A stretch of DNA of 64,000 nt from Candidatus Azobacteroides sp. (lineage in GTDB: Bacteria; Bacteroidota; Bacteroidia; Bacteroidales; WRGA01): the NCBI GenBank assembly GCA_021201815.1, contig JAJQEC010000090.1:107370-171369 (forward strand), read 5' to 3'. Of this stretch, positions 63,013 through 64,000 are shown one piece after another (position 1 is the stretch's first letter; every line of letters starts with the position of its first letter). A model generated the notes under the pieces. That model was not told where the DNA came from. It did not search any database and saw only the letters and a program-made list of their open reading frames with translations. Position numbers and translations under genes: made by a program.

Positions 63013-63163
63013 TGTTGGTGAGATAGCCATACTATGGTTTTAATTCTTCCCTGCCATGAGGGAGGACAGAAATAGTAAAATTTGAAAAGCCAGAAGGAAA
63101 TCAGTTGCAGAAAACGGATCGGATAAAAGGAAGATAGCTTTATATTGATAAGATTATCTTTAA

Positions 63164-63211
63164 AGCCGCGAAGCGGCGACAGATAAATAGCCGTGAGGCC
63201 TCAGCACACGG
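63164..63211 (+). repeat. 48-bp REP-like double hairpin, copy 3 (inverted relative to copy 2)
   Basis: agccgcgaagcggcgaca-N6-tagccgtgaggcctcagcacacgg. Confidence 0.85.
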
Positions 63212-63222
63212 CTCTCTTTATA

Positions 63223-64000
63223 TCAGAACATAAATGTCATTCCTTTATCCTGATTTTTTTTATAATTATCGATTTCTTTTTTAAGGGTTTTCAGAAGCTG
63301 GCCTGTCATAAATTCTCTAAAAGGAATATTTGTTCCTTCGTCTACGGCCTGATTGAGAGATTTTATATAATTATCCCGGTCTTCTTTGTACACCTTACTA
63401 AGAATCAAATCTTTGTAAGCTTGTATGTAATTCATTAATAACCGGGAAGTTCTACCGTTACCATCTAACCAGGGATGGATAGTGACAAGATTCAAATGGG
63501 CATCAAAACTTAAATTATAAATATCTTCTATTCCATCCACCTCCTTTAAACGGATATTCAATTCTTCACACAGTCGGCTTACACTCTCCGGAACCTTTCT
63601 GAAATTCAGATAAGACTGTCCGCTCATACCGGCAGTAACCCCACATAAACGAAATTCGCCTTTAGAGGAATCAAAGTTCCCATTTATCGTATTCATCATG
63701 CTTCCGGTAGATTTCATTACGAAAGCATTTAATTCCATTAAAAACTCAGGCGTTACAGGAGTTTTATCTCTTGCTTTCCGTAAGGCAAAAACATAGGCAT
63801 CTTTCAAGTCTTTAGTCATCAAATGATAGGAAAAAGACTTTCCCTTTGCTACGATATCTTCATCCAGTAGCAGTTGGGTATCCAGCTCCGTTAATGTGGA
63901 ACCTTCAATAGCGGTTGAATGGGCAATAATAGAATATAGATAAAATTTATCATGATCTACTGTATTGTCTATATTAAACTTTTTATAAAGCGCTATTAGT
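63223..64000 (-). CDS. Fic-domain protein, 5' end outside the window
   Basis: HPWLDGNGRTSR Fic motif; frame stays open to the window edge and includes HSTAIEGSTLT. Confidence 0.92.
   Translation of the reverse strand, partial: LIALYKKFNIDNTVDHDKFYLYSIIAHSTAIEGSTLTELDTQLLLDEDIVAKGKSFSYHLMTKDLKDAYVFALRKARDKTPVTPEFLMELNAFVMKSTGSMMNTINGNFDSSKGEFRLCGVTAGMSGQSYLNFRKVPESVSRLCEELNIRLKEVDGIEDIYNLSFDAHLNLVTIHPWLDGNGRTSRLLMNYIQAYKDLILSKVYKEDRDNYIKSLNQAVDEGTNIPFREFMTGQLLKTLKKEIDNYKKNQDKGMTFMF

Noticed and set aside
1-64000. Full reassignment of TGA to Trp (table 4) or Gly (table 25)
   Set aside because: TGA ends genes at natural termini (4899, 21755, 46971, 63223) and long Trp-rich genes are uninterrupted

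Overview
Bacteroidales-type chromosomal window (TAnnTTTG promoters, SusC/SusD, T9SS C-terminal domains). 1-29.2 kb: a large polysaccharide utilization locus with two FecR anti-sigma genes, susC/susD, GH28, GH2, GH31, GH3, a CE12-type esterase, two SASA esterases, a serine hydrolase and several uncharacterised T9SS-type proteins. 29.2-32.0 kb: debris of an older integrative element (pcfK/pcfJ and integrase relics) around an intact DKNYY-repeat gene. 32.0-51.8 kb: a ~19.8 kb mobilizable element integrated at tRNA-Asn (43-bp att duplication), with an IS256 copy, nonsense-interrupted mobility genes and an intact defence-like operon (XRE HTH, PLD-SNF2 helicase, Eco57I-like methyltransferase, ABC-ATPase/HEPN-like protein) plus an MNT-HEPN fusion. 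51.9-64 kb: 22-bp periodic repeat arrays, hypothetical genes, feruloyl esterase, PfkB kinase, S41 peptidase, tRNA-Arg, REP-like hairpin repeats and a Fic gene. Most notable: (i) two unannotated paralogous micropeptides sharing KGTGPRSP, one coupled to a small membrane protein; (ii) seven otherwise open genes each split by a single in-frame stop (six TGA, one TAG), at least three at conserved Trp positions; (iii) the defence operon; (iv) a duplicated ~105-bp leader before susD and GH31. All family calls come from motif recognition by eye, not from database searches.
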